In this document: positions 10,294-19,352 of the stretch, one piece after another | How positions within the stretch are numbered: the first letter of the stretch is position 1 | How the letters are laid out: every line of letters begins with the position of its first letter | DNA from: Actinomycetota bacterium | Lineage (GTDB): Bacteria; Actinomycetota; Geothermincolia; Geothermincolales; RBG-13-55-18 | NCBI GenBank assembly: GCA_040757835.1 | Contig: JBFLWJ010000010.1 | Span: forward strand, 1-64,000 | Length of the DNA stretch: 64,000 nucleotides | Direction: 5' to 3' | The notes under the pieces: model-generated | The model's database searches: none | What the model was told of the DNA's origin: nothing | Seen by the model: the letters and a program-made list of their open reading frames with translations, nothing else | Position numbers and translations under genes: made by a program

Positions 10294-11289
10294 CTATCCC
10301 TTTTTCCTAATATAGCCGTTGTCGGTGAACCACTTGATGGTCTTCTCCACCGTAACCTCTAGTGGCGTCAACGGCAGGCCCAGTTCCCTCACGGCCTTGG
10401 AATTGTCGAAATGCTCGCCCATCCTGCCGATCTTTACCTGGGAGACCGAGACGACGGGGGGCTTCCTGGTAACGCGGGACCGGGCCTCGAAGACGTGCCC
10501 CAGGAGCAGCGCGGCCCGGTAGGGGAGCTTCAGCCTCGGCGGCCTTACCCCGGCGATCTCGGCGACCAGCCTGAAGAGATCGCCCACGGTCACGTTCTCG
10601 TTTCCCAGGATGTATCTCTCGCCCACCCTCCCCTTTGCGGCGGCGAGCAGGTGCCCGCGTGCCACGTCCTCGACGTCAATGATATTGGTCGCCCCGTCGA
10701 TGTATCCGGGCATGTCCCGGTTGGCGATATCGACGATGAGCGCACCGGAGGGTGTCGGTTTGATGTCTCTCACGCCGATGACCAGGGTGGGGTTGACCGT
10801 GACCACCGGCAGGCCTCGTGCACAGATCTTCCTGGCCTCGATCTCCGCCAGGTACTTCGAGATCGCATAGTGGTCGCCGGTCTTCCACTGGTTGAACTCC
10901 GCTCCCTCGTTCGCGTAGTTGCCTGCCCCATGGGCGCCCATGGTATTGGCGGTGCTGGTGTAGACGACTTTCTTCAGCCCCCGGGCGAGCGCCTCTTCGA
11001 GGACGGTCTTCGTGCCCTCGACGTTCACCTGGTAGAACTGTTCCTTGTGCAGAGACCAGTGGGCGAAATAGGCCGCCACGTGGTAGAGGGTATCGCAACC
11101 GGCGAGGGCGGCCCGCATGGAGTCCCTGTCCCTGGTGTCGCCGAAGACCCGCTCCACCTCCAGGCCGTCGATGTTCCTGGTGTCGCTGTCTTTCCTGACC
11201 GTTACCCGCACGTCCACGCCGTCTTTCAGAAGCTCCCTGACCACCGCGCCGCCGATGAAACCCGTAGCTCCCGTGACCAGTGTCTTCAT
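10294..11289 (-). CDS. NAD-dependent epimerase/dehydratase (extended SDR family)
   Basis: GATGFIG Rossmann motif at the N-terminus, followed by YxxxK. Confidence 0.85.
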   Translation of the reverse strand: MKTLVTGATGFIGGAVVRELLKDGVDVRVTVRKDSDTRNIDGLEVERVFGDTRDRDSMRAALAGCDTLYHVAAYFAHWSLHKEQFYQVNVEGTKTVLEEALARGLKKVVYTSTANTMGAHGAGNYANEGAEFNQWKTGDHYAISKYLAEIEARKICARGLPVVTVNPTLVIGVRDIKPTPSGALIVDIANRDMPGYIDGATNIIDVEDVARGHLLAAAKGRVGERYILGNENVTVGDLFRLVAEIAGVRPPRLKLPYRAALLLGHVFEARSRVTRKPPVVSVSQVKIGRMGEHFDNSKAVRELGLPLTPLEVTVEKTIKWFTDNGYIRKKG

Positions 11290-11380
11290 CCCCAGGCCTC
11301 CATTGACGCCTCCTCTCTTGATGCCCTAAACGGGAATCCGGACGTCTATATCATAGCAGGAGCTTCTGGGGCGGAGGGCT

Positions 11381-12634
11381 TCAACGCAGGGATTCCAGGA
11401 AAGCCTCCAGGCGCGTGGATATCTGCCCCTCCTGGTATTCCCGCTCGTCCACGCAGTCGCCGTCGAGGATGAGGGTGGGGACGCCCTTTTCCTGCAGCGC
11501 CTGCTTCACCAGGGCGGCGCCGCCGCAGCTCTGGCGGCAACCCCAGTGGTTGTAGTGGATGGCGCCGTCCACGCGGTACTCCTCCGCCAGGGAGGCGAGG
11601 TGGGTGGCCCTCCTTTCCACCGGTCCCACCAGGAAGTGGTTGCCCAGCTTTGCGGCGAGTGAGTTGTAGGGATCGTGCGGGTCCATGGCCTCCCAGGTGG
11701 CGTGGGTGTACTCCTCGCATACCAGGCGTGCGCCTCCCTTCGCAAGGGTGCTGAAGATACCCTGGGCGAACCAGGGCTTGATGTGCATCCACATCAGGCG
11801 GATGGAGTCACCCCCGGCACAGCCCCGCGTCCGCAACTCCTTCGCCAGTAGGCGATAGAAATCCGCGCCGGCCTGTGAGCCCATGCTGGCGAAGAGGACG
11901 CTGATGCCCCCCATGGCGTCCACGCCGTACAGGGTGCAGTCATCGCGCTTGCGCATCTCCTCCACCTCGCGCAGGTAACGCAGGGCCTGGTTGGAACGCT
12001 CGAGGGCCTTCGCCAGGCCCTTCTCCACCTCGGCGCCCCCAAAGCCGGAGCATTCCGCGAGAAGGCCGGCCGTCTCTTCCAGCTGCTGCGCCAGCAGCGC
12101 CTGCCCGCCGGGGCGTCCCGGCAGCGGGATGTCCACGGTCACCTGGGGCCGGCCGTACAGCTCGCCGCAGAAGGCGAAGGAGAGGGGGGCGGAGTCGCAG
12201 GGGTAGTTGACGGCAAGGAGCGCGGAGGGCTCGGGCATGAAGCCCTCCAGGGCCAGGCCGATGGCACAGCGGTGGAAGGAACAGGCGTCAGGGGAGAAGC
12301 CGGCTTCCGCCGCGCGGTCGATGAAGCGGGGCCCCATTCCCGCCGCGGCCACCACCGCGGTCGCCATCTCCGGGTAAAAAGGGATGCACCCCAGCCCCAG
12401 CACCAGCTCGCTGGGTACGAAGAGGTTGCACCATACAACCGGCCCCCGCCCCAGGTATGCGTCCCTGGTGATGGCCAGGAAGTATGAGAGGGAGACGCGG
12501 TCGGCCTTCCACTGCGGGCGGTTCAGGGGCGAGCGGGCCAGGCTCTCGGCCGTCCTCCAGAAGAACCTGGAATGGAAGGTGGAAGGTTCCAGGCGCTCGG
12601 AGAAGTGCTCCTTGATGGTCTTGACCAGGTCCAT
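11381..12634 (-). CDS. 2-hydroxyacyl-CoA dehydratase / benzoyl-CoA reductase BcrC-BadD-HgdB family subunit
   Basis: Family-typical Cys-containing motifs and overall length. AAGGAGG RBS. Confidence 0.8.
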   Translation of the reverse strand: MDLVKTIKEHFSERLEPSTFHSRFFWRTAESLARSPLNRPQWKADRVSLSYFLAITRDAYLGRGPVVWCNLFVPSELVLGLGCIPFYPEMATAVVAAAGMGPRFIDRAAEAGFSPDACSFHRCAIGLALEGFMPEPSALLAVNYPCDSAPLSFAFCGELYGRPQVTVDIPLPGRPGGQALLAQQLEETAGLLAECSGFGGAEVEKGLAKALERSNQALRYLREVEEMRKRDDCTLYGVDAMGGISVLFASMGSQAGADFYRLLAKELRTRGCAGGDSIRLMWMHIKPWFAQGIFSTLAKGGARLVCEEYTHATWEAMDPHDPYNSLAAKLGNHFLVGPVERRATHLASLAEEYRVDGAIHYNHWGCRQSCGGAALVKQALQEKGVPTLILDGDCVDEREYQEGQISTRLEAFLESLR

Positions 12635-12664
12635 CCGTCCTCCTTGTGCGGACTTCCGTCTCCG

Positions 12665-13597
12665 TTACTCGAGCATCTCCAGGAAGGCTTCCACGCGGGT
12701 GAGCATCTGGCCCACGTGGCCGTCGGCGTAATCGCTCTCCAGGCGCAGGACCGGGATGCCCGCCCGCTCGAGCCGCTCCTGCACGCGTGGGAAATCGTAG
12801 AGGTAGGCATCGCAGAACTTGAGGGAAGCGTAGACGACTCCTTTCGCGCCCACCGCCGCGACCGTCTCCTCCAGCGTGCGATAACGGCGCTCCGCGTCCG
12901 CCATGCGGGCACAGGGGTGGCGGTCCAGGTAGGCGCGCGCCAGGGAGCCGAGCAACTCATCAAGGCTCTCGCCCCGGGGCAAGGTGGGCGTCGCGAAGGA
13001 GCGGTCGCCGTTGCAGAGGTCTATCCACACCACCCGGGCCCCCGCGCGGTCCAGGCTGGCCACCAGCCCCGCGGGGTTGAGCAGGTTCCCGGAGAGCAGG
13101 ACGGGGACGCCGCCGGCGGTTCCCGCCGGCTCGCCGCAGGGAGGCATGTCCGTATAAAGCCGGGAGTGGAAGGCCATGGCCAGGCGCAGCCGTTTTTCCC
13201 CGCACAGGCCCTCGCAGGCGCGCAGATAGGAGAGGCGCCGCTCCTCCCGCGCCAGCGCCGCCTCGCGCAGGTCAACAGCGGTGACCTCATGGCCTGTCAT
13301 CTCTCCCAGCGCGCGCGCGAGGTGGCGGAACTCCTCCGCCAGCAGGCGTTCGGCCCCGTCACCGGTATTGCGCGGGAGGTCCACGAGGTAGACGAGATCG
13401 TCCGGGAAACGGTCCCTCCAGGCGTCGTATAGCCTGCGCATGCCGTCGCAGGAGTTGACGAATACGGCCTGGTGGGGGCCCTCCCCCTGGATCCCTTCCG
13501 CCAGGCAGGCACGCACATAGGGGCAGATGGCGGTGTGGAGGAGGGTATCCGCGGACTCCAGGGAGCCCGCGTCTCCATAACGCCGCACCGGCACCAA
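12665..13597 (-). CDS. 2-hydroxyacyl-CoA dehydratase / BcrB-HgdA family subunit; the N-terminus probably extends to 13721 via an apparent frameshift
   Basis: Paralogous dehydratase-subunit sequence. The conserved N-terminal block VIIAALDSESAVAWFCTYTPLEILDAAG is in frame upstream of the TTG at 13597 but no canonical start codon precedes it. An ATG at 13721 lies in the +1 frame. Confidence 0.65.
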   Translation of the reverse strand: MVPVRRYGDAGSLESADTLLHTAICPYVRACLAEGIQGEGPHQAVFVNSCDGMRRLYDAWRDRFPDDLVYLVDLPRNTGDGAERLLAEEFRHLARALGEMTGHEVTAVDLREAALAREERRLSYLRACEGLCGEKRLRLAMAFHSRLYTDMPPCGEPAGTAGGVPVLLSGNLLNPAGLVASLDRAGARVVWIDLCNGDRSFATPTLPRGESLDELLGSLARAYLDRHPCARMADAERRYRTLEETVAAVGAKGVVYASLKFCDAYLYDFPRVQERLERAGIPVLRLESDYADGHVGQMLTRVEAFLEMLE

Positions 13598-13828
13598 CCC
13601 CGCGGCATCGAGTATCTCCAGCGGCGTGTAGGTGCAGAACCAGGCTACGGCGCTCTCGCTGTCCAGGGCGGCGATGATGACTCCTTCCCTGTCGCGGCTT
13701 GTTGTGACTGACCGGGATCATGTTCCCGGCCGGGCCTTTCGATAGAATCCAAGCGTTTCGGGTATATTATAGTAAAACCGCCCGACCGGATCGGTTACAG
13801 GACATGTAAGCAGAAGGAGGAACAGGTA

Positions 13829-13987
13829 ATGGATAAGTACGAGTGCACGATCTGCGGCTACGTCTACGACCCCGACAAGGGAGACCCCGACGGCGGGATA
13901 GAACCGGGCACCCCCTTCGCGGACCTGCCGGACGACTGGGTATGTCCCCAGTGCGGCGCGGACAAAGATATGTTCGAGAAGATCTAG
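13829..13987 (+). CDS. rub: Rubredoxin
   Basis: 52 aa: [52 protein letters not shown], with both CxxCG knuckles. GAAGGAGG RBS. Absent from the ORF track because it is under 60 aa. Confidence 0.9.
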   Translation: MDKYECTICGYVYDPDKGDPDGGIEPGTPFADLPDDWVCPQCGADKDMFEKI

Positions 13988-13996
13988 GGGGAGCGC

Positions 13997-15181
13997 ATGC
14001 CTGCAGCGAAGATCTCAGACGGAGTGCACTGGGTCGGCGCCCTGGATCCTCAACTGCGTATCTTCGACATCATCATGAAGGCCGATCACGGCACCACCTA
14101 TAACTCCTATCTCCTGACCGGGGGGGAGAAGGTAGCGGTGATCGAAGCGGTGAAGGCGCAGTTCTACGAGGACTTCATAGCGAATATACGCTCCCTGGTC
14201 GACCCCGGGGAAATCTCCTATGTGATCATCAACCATACCGAGCCCGATCATTCCGGGTCCCTGGCGCGGCTGCTGGAGGATGCCCCCAACGCCAGGGTGG
14301 TATGCGACCGCCAGTGCAAGAACTTCGTCAAGAACATCCTCAACCGGGACGTGGGCCCCATGCTTGTGCAGGACGGCGACTCCCTCGACCTGGGTGGCGG
14401 GGTGGTACTCGATTTCATCCATGCGCCCTTCCTGCACTGGCCGGACACCATGTTCACCTATCTCGGAATGGACGGCCTGCTCTTTCCGTGCGACTTCCTG
14501 GGAGCGCACTACAGCGATGACCGCCTCTTCGACGACCTCATGGACGATTACCATTACGCCTTCGAGTACTACTACCAGGTGATCTTCCGCCCCTTCAAGA
14601 AGTACGTCCTGGAAGCCATCGACAAGATCAAGGACCTGGACATCAAGATGATCTGCCCCAGCCACGGGCCGGTGCTGCGTGCCGATCCCTGGAGCTGCGT
14701 GGAGAGATACCGCGAGTGGAGTTCGGTTCCGGCGCCGACGGACGAGAAATCGCTCCTCGTCTTCTACGCCAGCGCCTATGGCAACACCGCCATGCTGGCC
14801 GAGAGCATCGCCGAGGGAGCCCGCTCCGAGGGCGTCAAGGCCACGGTCATGGATGCCGCAGCCACGGAACTGGGGATGATGATCGACCGCATCGAGGCAG
14901 CGGACGGCATCGCGGTTGGTTCGGCGACCATCAACGCGGACGCCGTGGAGCCGGTGTGGTTCCTCCTCTCGCACCTGGCGACGCTGAACCTCAAGGGCAA
15001 GGTGGGAGCGTCCTTCGGCTCATTCGGATGGAGCGGGGAGGCCCCCAAGCTCATCGCCGAGCGGCTCAAAGGGCTCAAGTTCAAGGTCGACGAGGAACCC
15101 CTCCGGGTCAACCTGGTCCCCTCGGCGGAGGATCTCAAGGAGGCTGAGGATTACGGTAAACGCATAGCGAGAGCGCTGTGA
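13997..15181 (+). CDS. fprA: Flavodiiron protein (FprA-type O2/NO reductase; metallo-beta-lactamase-like plus flavodoxin domains)
   Basis: Diiron site HxExDH (HTEPDHSG), a C-terminal flavodoxin domain, and a position directly after rubredoxin. Confidence 0.9.
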   Translation: MPAAKISDGVHWVGALDPQLRIFDIIMKADHGTTYNSYLLTGGEKVAVIEAVKAQFYEDFIANIRSLVDPGEISYVIINHTEPDHSGSLARLLEDAPNARVVCDRQCKNFVKNILNRDVGPMLVQDGDSLDLGGGVVLDFIHAPFLHWPDTMFTYLGMDGLLFPCDFLGAHYSDDRLFDDLMDDYHYAFEYYYQVIFRPFKKYVLEAIDKIKDLDIKMICPSHGPVLRADPWSCVERYREWSSVPAPTDEKSLLVFYASAYGNTAMLAESIAEGARSEGVKATVMDAAATELGMMIDRIEAADGIAVGSATINADAVEPVWFLLSHLATLNLKGKVGASFGSFGWSGEAPKLIAERLKGLKFKVDEEPLRVNLVPSAEDLKEAEDYGKRIARAL

Positions 15182-15410
15182 CCCAGGGCGCCGCTTTGGC
15201 AGCACCGGGAACAGCATTCATACTGGCCTGTCGCCGTTTCGCAAGGATTGCGTCCCGACCCGTAAACCGCTGGCCCTCCCGCCCCGCTCCGGCTTTTCCA
15301 GCAGGGCGTTGGCCAGCGCTTGTTCTGGCCCCGGTCGCCATTACGTTAGACCAGCGCCGGATCTATGGATCACCAAACGGTATGGCAAACCGGCGCTTCC
15401 AGGGCCGACC

Positions 15411-15746
15411 TTACGAGCCGTGCACACTGCAGCTGACCTTGTTACCCTGCAGCGTATACGTGCCGCCGGAGGGGCAGGAGGGGACGCTCTGCAGGTAGCC
15501 GGGGACCAGGGCCTGGATGGACCTGGCGGGAGATCCCTCGAGGTTCTCGTACTGCTGCAGCGCCGACGAGATCATCTTGCGGTTGGCGGCACAGGCGGCA
15601 GACTCCGCCTGACCCACCGGCCCCCCCTGCCCTGTCCCGGAATCCCCGCCGGTAGCGGCGTTGTCGCTGCCCCCGCAGCCGGCGGCGAGCAAGGCGAGGA
15701 CGGCCACGGCCGTCAGCGATACCACCAGTATCGGCCAACGCTTCAT
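15411..15746 (-). CDS. Small secreted lipoprotein; the C-terminal region is pilin-like
   Basis: Signal peptide plus lipobox (LAAGC), Gly/Ser-rich linker and a C-terminal Cys pair. Confidence 0.4.
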   Translation of the reverse strand: MKRWPILVVSLTAVAVLALLAAGCGGSDNAATGGDSGTGQGGPVGQAESAACAANRKMISSALQQYENLEGSPARSIQALVPGYLQSVPSCPSGGTYTLQGNKVSCSVHGS

Positions 15747-15915
15747 CTCTGTACCCTCCGATCTAACGCCGGTCCCTAACAGCCAGTAAATTTATCGTCC
15801 TCAAGGGCGCGGGCCTTGAAACGGTCTGGCGGCGACGTCCATCGGATTCAGGGTTTAGCCGTTGTTCATCCGGGAAGAGTAGTGGGGAAGAGATATCCAT
15901 CGGAAGGACGGTCGA

Positions 15916-16164
15916 ATGCGATCCTCGAAAGTCACGGAACGTATATACGCAAAGGCGTTTGAGCTGCTCGAACAACACCCGGAGGGTCTGCGTTTTACCG
16001 AACTGCGCTCGCGGATTGAGGCATCGGACCCCGGTTTTCATCCCAAGACGGTCAACGGGTGCGTCTGGAAACTCGTCACGAGATTTCCTGACGAGATCTA
16101 CAAACCATCAAGGGGGCTCTATCGTCTGCTGAAATTCAGGCCATCCGAGGAGGTGGAGACATAG
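15916..16164 (+). CDS. Small hypothetical protein (possible winged-helix)
   Basis: 82-aa ORF with a GGAAGGACGG RBS. The antisense ORF 15763..16041 is considered spurious. Confidence 0.4.
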   Translation: MRSSKVTERIYAKAFELLEQHPEGLRFTELRSRIEASDPGFHPKTVNGCVWKLVTRFPDEIYKPSRGLYRLLKFRPSEEVET

Positions 16165-16243
16165 CAAGCACCAGCGAACACTTGGGCAGGATCAAGGCCG
16201 CTCCGGTATCACTGTATCCTGTCAGGATGAGTGCGTGCGGGGT

Positions 16244-16555
16244 TCAGGCTTCGCCGGTGTCCATGTCGCGGATGGCGCGGATGACCATCTTCTTGGCGAC
16301 ATGGTTGATGATGCTGGGGGGGTTCTCCAGTATGGCCGTACGCCAGGTGTCCAGGGGCCTGTCCGCCTCCTTGAAGGCCTCGTACAGCGTGTCCTGGAGC
16401 TGGCTCAGGTTCGGCTCGATGTAGATCTCGTATATCTGCCTCTGGGAGCCGGTCAACTCCTCCGGTTCCTTTTCCAGGACGTCACGGAACTCCTGCTTGA
16501 TCCGTTTGCCCCGGTTCCTGACGTAGTAGCTGTTGAGCTCCTCGAGAAAGTCCAC
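16244..16555 (-). CDS. Hypothetical protein
   Basis: 103-aa ORF with protein-like composition and a GTG start. Confidence 0.35.
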   Translation of the reverse strand: MDFLEELNSYYVRNRGKRIKQEFRDVLEKEPEELTGSQRQIYEIYIEPNLSQLQDTLYEAFKEADRPLDTWRTAILENPPSIINHVAKKMVIRAIRDMDTGEA

Positions 16556-16711
16556 TTTATGTCCCTACTCCCTGATCTTGCCACCCCCGTCTTTGTGTAT
16601 ATGATATCGGCTTCCCGCATAAAATCAAACGGCTGCATAGCGGCTGTGATATCATTCAGCCAGTAATTGAAATCGGATGGTAGGCACGCCAGCTTTAGCG
16701 GGGAGGTAGTC

Positions 16712-17779
16712 GTGGACGATCTTTACGTGCGATTGATGAAGCGGCTGGACGATTTTCCCATCGGGGCGCTGCAGTCCGAGTACCTGCTCGAGATCCTGCG
16801 CATGATCTTCGACGAAGAGGAGGCGGAGCTGGCCCTGGAACTGCCCATGTACCTGGAAGAGATAGGTTCCATCGCCGAGGGGACGGGCCGAAATGAGGCG
16901 GAGCTCCGGCCCCTGCTCGAGGGCATGGCCGACAAGGGGCTGGTATTCGTCAGGGACAAGGGAGGCAAACGCTATTACAACCTCCTGCCCCTGGTGCCGG
17001 GCATCTTCGAGATGCAGTTCATGAAGGGTGAGGTCAATCCACGCAAACGCAAGATAGCCGAGCTCTTCGACAGGTATTACTACGATGGCTGGGGGGAGCA
17101 GAGCTTCTCCTCTCAGACCGCCCTGGCGCGGGTGATGATGGTGGAGGAGGAGATCCCACGCGGCGAGGAGGTCCTGCCCTACGAGAAGGTCAGCGAGTAT
17201 ATCAGGGACGGCGTCTACATGGCCCTGACCACCTGTTTCTGCCGCCACGAGGCGGAGCTCCTGGGCAGGTCCTGCGGAGCGCCCAAGGATGTGTGCATGG
17301 CCATCGGCCCCGGCGCCGAGTTCCTGGTGGAGCGGGGATTTGCCCGCAAGGCCAGCAAAGAGGAGATGTTCGACGCCCTGGACCGGGCGGAAAAGGCGGG
17401 GCTGGTGCACATCACCGACAACATCCGGGACAAGATAACCTTCATCTGCAATTGCTGCGGCTGCTGTTGCGGTTTTCTGGGCACCATGACCAGGCTGAAC
17501 ATATCCGGCGCCATCGCCTCCTCGCGCTACCTGGCCGCGGTGGACTCGGACCTCTGCAACGGGTGCGGGACCTGCCTCGACGTCTGCCAGATGAAGGCGA
17601 TAAAGGTGGAGGATGACCTGGCTGTGGTGGACGTGAACCGGTGCATCGGCTGCGGCCAGTGCGTCTCCAACTGCCCCTCCCTGGCCGTGGCGGTGCTGGT
17701 GCGGGAGGACTGGAAAGAACCTGCCGGCAACCTCGTCGAACTGGGCATGGCCGTACTCAAGGAACGCGGCAAGCTGTAA
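16712..17779 (+). CDS. Cys-rich Fe-S protein, paralog 1 (CxCR...ICNCCGCCCG motif plus C-terminal 2x[4Fe-4S] ferredoxin domain)
   Basis: GTG start after a GGGGAGG RBS. Motifs TTCFCRHE, FICNCCGCCCG, CNGCGTCLDVC and CIGCGQCVSNCP. Confidence 0.75.
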   Translation: MDDLYVRLMKRLDDFPIGALQSEYLLEILRMIFDEEEAELALELPMYLEEIGSIAEGTGRNEAELRPLLEGMADKGLVFVRDKGGKRYYNLLPLVPGIFEMQFMKGEVNPRKRKIAELFDRYYYDGWGEQSFSSQTALARVMMVEEEIPRGEEVLPYEKVSEYIRDGVYMALTTCFCRHEAELLGRSCGAPKDVCMAIGPGAEFLVERGFARKASKEEMFDALDRAEKAGLVHITDNIRDKITFICNCCGCCCGFLGTMTRLNISGAIASSRYLAAVDSDLCNGCGTCLDVCQMKAIKVEDDLAVVDVNRCIGCGQCVSNCPSLAVAVLVREDWKEPAGNLVELGMAVLKERGKL

Positions 17780-17784
17780 AGTCA

Positions 17785-17806
17785 AAAGCCCTCGCAAGAG
17801 GGCTGG
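17785..17806. terminator. Bidirectional hairpin AGCCCTC-GCAA-GAGGGCT; acts as the rho-independent terminator of tRNA-Ala on the minus strand
   Basis: 7-bp GC-rich stem followed by TTTTGAC on the minus strand. It lies between the Fe-S gene stop and the tRNA 3' end. Confidence 0.5.
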
Positions 17807-17814
17807 GCGCATGC

Positions 17815-17889
17815 TGGTGGAGCCGATGGGATTTGAACCCACGACCTCTGCCGTGCGAAGGCAGCGCTCTCCCACTGAGCTACGGCCCC
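17815..17889 (-). tRNA. tRNA-Ala (anticodon CGC), CCA encoded
   Basis: Reverse complement folds as a cloverleaf (GGGGCCGTAGCTCAGTGGGAGAGCGCTGCCTTCGCACGGCAGAGGTCGTGGGTTCAAATCCCATCGGCTCCACCA). It carries the G3:U70 Ala identity pair and a GTTCAAATCC T-loop. Confidence 0.9.
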
Positions 17890-17903
17890 AGACGTGCAGT
17901 GCT

Positions 17904-17940
17904 ATTCTACCAGAAGCGGCGCGCGCGCTTCCATTGGCGG
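17904..17940 (-). promoter_or_regulatory. Candidate tRNA-Ala promoter (-10 TAGAAT)
   Basis: TAGAAT sits 14 nt upstream of the tRNA 5' end with a weak -35 (TGGAAG) 18 nt further up. Confidence 0.3.
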
Positions 17941-18115
17941 AGCATAGTCACGGAGCGGCCACCCACCCACGCCTCAGGCCAATGCATCCTCGGGAAACAC
18001 GCGTCCATACCGCTGCGTCCTATCATTGCTGGCGGTCTGCCGGAGACGTATCCTAAAGCAAGGCGGTCCCGGGAGATTGAGCGGGATGGCCGTAGCGGCC
18101 TACGAAGGGATTGAT

Positions 18116-18955
18116 ATGAGAAGGCACACTGGTTTAATCACGACGTTTCTGCCGATGTTGCTGCTCGCGGCCGCCCTGATCATATCCTCCTGTAGCAATG
18201 CGGTGCCAGAGGGAAACGGTATCGAAGGCGGGGAAAACGGGAGCGCGGACCAGAATGGAACCAGCCCGGACAACGACTTCTCTTTCCTTGTATGCGGCGA
18301 CACCCACGCCCGCACCGACCTGCTGGAGGAGATCGTCAGCCAGGCCCGGGAGGGGGAGTTCCTGGTCATCGTGGGCGATATCTCCACCGGCAGGGGCCTC
18401 GCGGAGATGCAGGCGATGAAGGATTACCTCGACGGCACCGGCTTGAGCTACCATGTCATCCCCGGGGACAACGACATGCCGGGGGGAGACAAAGCCGTTT
18501 TCGAGGCGGTCTTCGGGCCTGACCACTATGCCATCGACTTCCAGGACGCCCACCTCGTCTTCCTCAACGACGCCGTGCGGGGCGTCGGGTGTCCGGACGA
18601 ACAGCTGGCGTGGCTGAGAGACGACCTCTCCGGGCTGGAGGGGGAGAGGCTGCTGGTCGGCTTCGCCCACGTACCCCCCGGCGCCCCGGTGGACATGGGG
18701 AAGGACGGGTTCCAGGAGGAGGAGACGGAGAGCGCCGGGGAGATGCTGGACATCCTGCGGCAAGCCGGCGCGGCCGCCCTCTACTGCGGCCATATCCACG
18801 CCTATATGCTCTACGGATCCGGCCCGCCCCGCGTGGTGGTCAGCGGCGGCGGCGGCGCCGACCCGCACCTATCGGAGCAGGCGGGCGGCTTCCACCATTT
18901 CCTGCGCGTCACCGTCAAGGGCAGCGAGGTTACCGAAGAGGTCATCCCGTTGTAG
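18116..18955 (+). CDS. Secreted metallophosphoesterase (calcineurin-like) lipoprotein
   Basis: Signal peptide plus lipobox (ALIISSC), and the GDTH...GDIS...GNHD-like motifs (FLVCGDTHA, VIVGDIST). Confidence 0.8.
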   Translation: MRRHTGLITTFLPMLLLAAALIISSCSNAVPEGNGIEGGENGSADQNGTSPDNDFSFLVCGDTHARTDLLEEIVSQAREGEFLVIVGDISTGRGLAEMQAMKDYLDGTGLSYHVIPGDNDMPGGDKAVFEAVFGPDHYAIDFQDAHLVFLNDAVRGVGCPDEQLAWLRDDLSGLEGERLLVGFAHVPPGAPVDMGKDGFQEEETESAGEMLDILRQAGAAALYCGHIHAYMLYGSGPPRVVVSGGGGADPHLSEQAGGFHHFLRVTVKGSEVTEEVIPL

Positions 18956-19352
18956 GGGACGTACTTTAAGCATCCAGTCCGTGTTCAAGGTGTGCCTTAT
19001 AGGGCACCTTCACGGATTGAAGACCGAAGATACCGCCACATCCGATCCTCGATCCCTGTGCTGGCAGGTGTTCTGTGGCGCAAGCTTCAACGTTGACCCT
19101 GGAAGCATCGGTCCACCGTATCGCCTGATAATCCATGGATCCGACGTCGGCCTAATGTAATCGCGATTGGGGCCAGCATAAACGATGGCCCCGAAGGGGA
19201 AGACCCCGTTGGGGGGAACGGGGTCTTTGGTTGGCAGCTAGTCTGCTTGCTTGCACCCATTGAGGGAAATTGCCGGTAAACTCATGGGGGATACCTAGCT
19301 ACCTCAATAGTATTCTCGGTCGAATGTCCCCCGGCCTTTAACTTTTTTTGCC

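Noticed and set aside
13297-13721. Alternative-frame ORFs (103 and 120 aa) overlapping the dehydratase subunit gene
   Set aside because: Arg/Pro-rich frame artefacts. The 13721 ATG is instead interpreted as the likely true start displaced by a frameshift relative to the main ORF.
15763-16041. Minus-strand 92-aa ORF overlapping the 15916..16164 plus-strand ORF
   Set aside because: Arg-rich, no RBS; the plus-strand ORF has a clear RBS and more protein-like composition.
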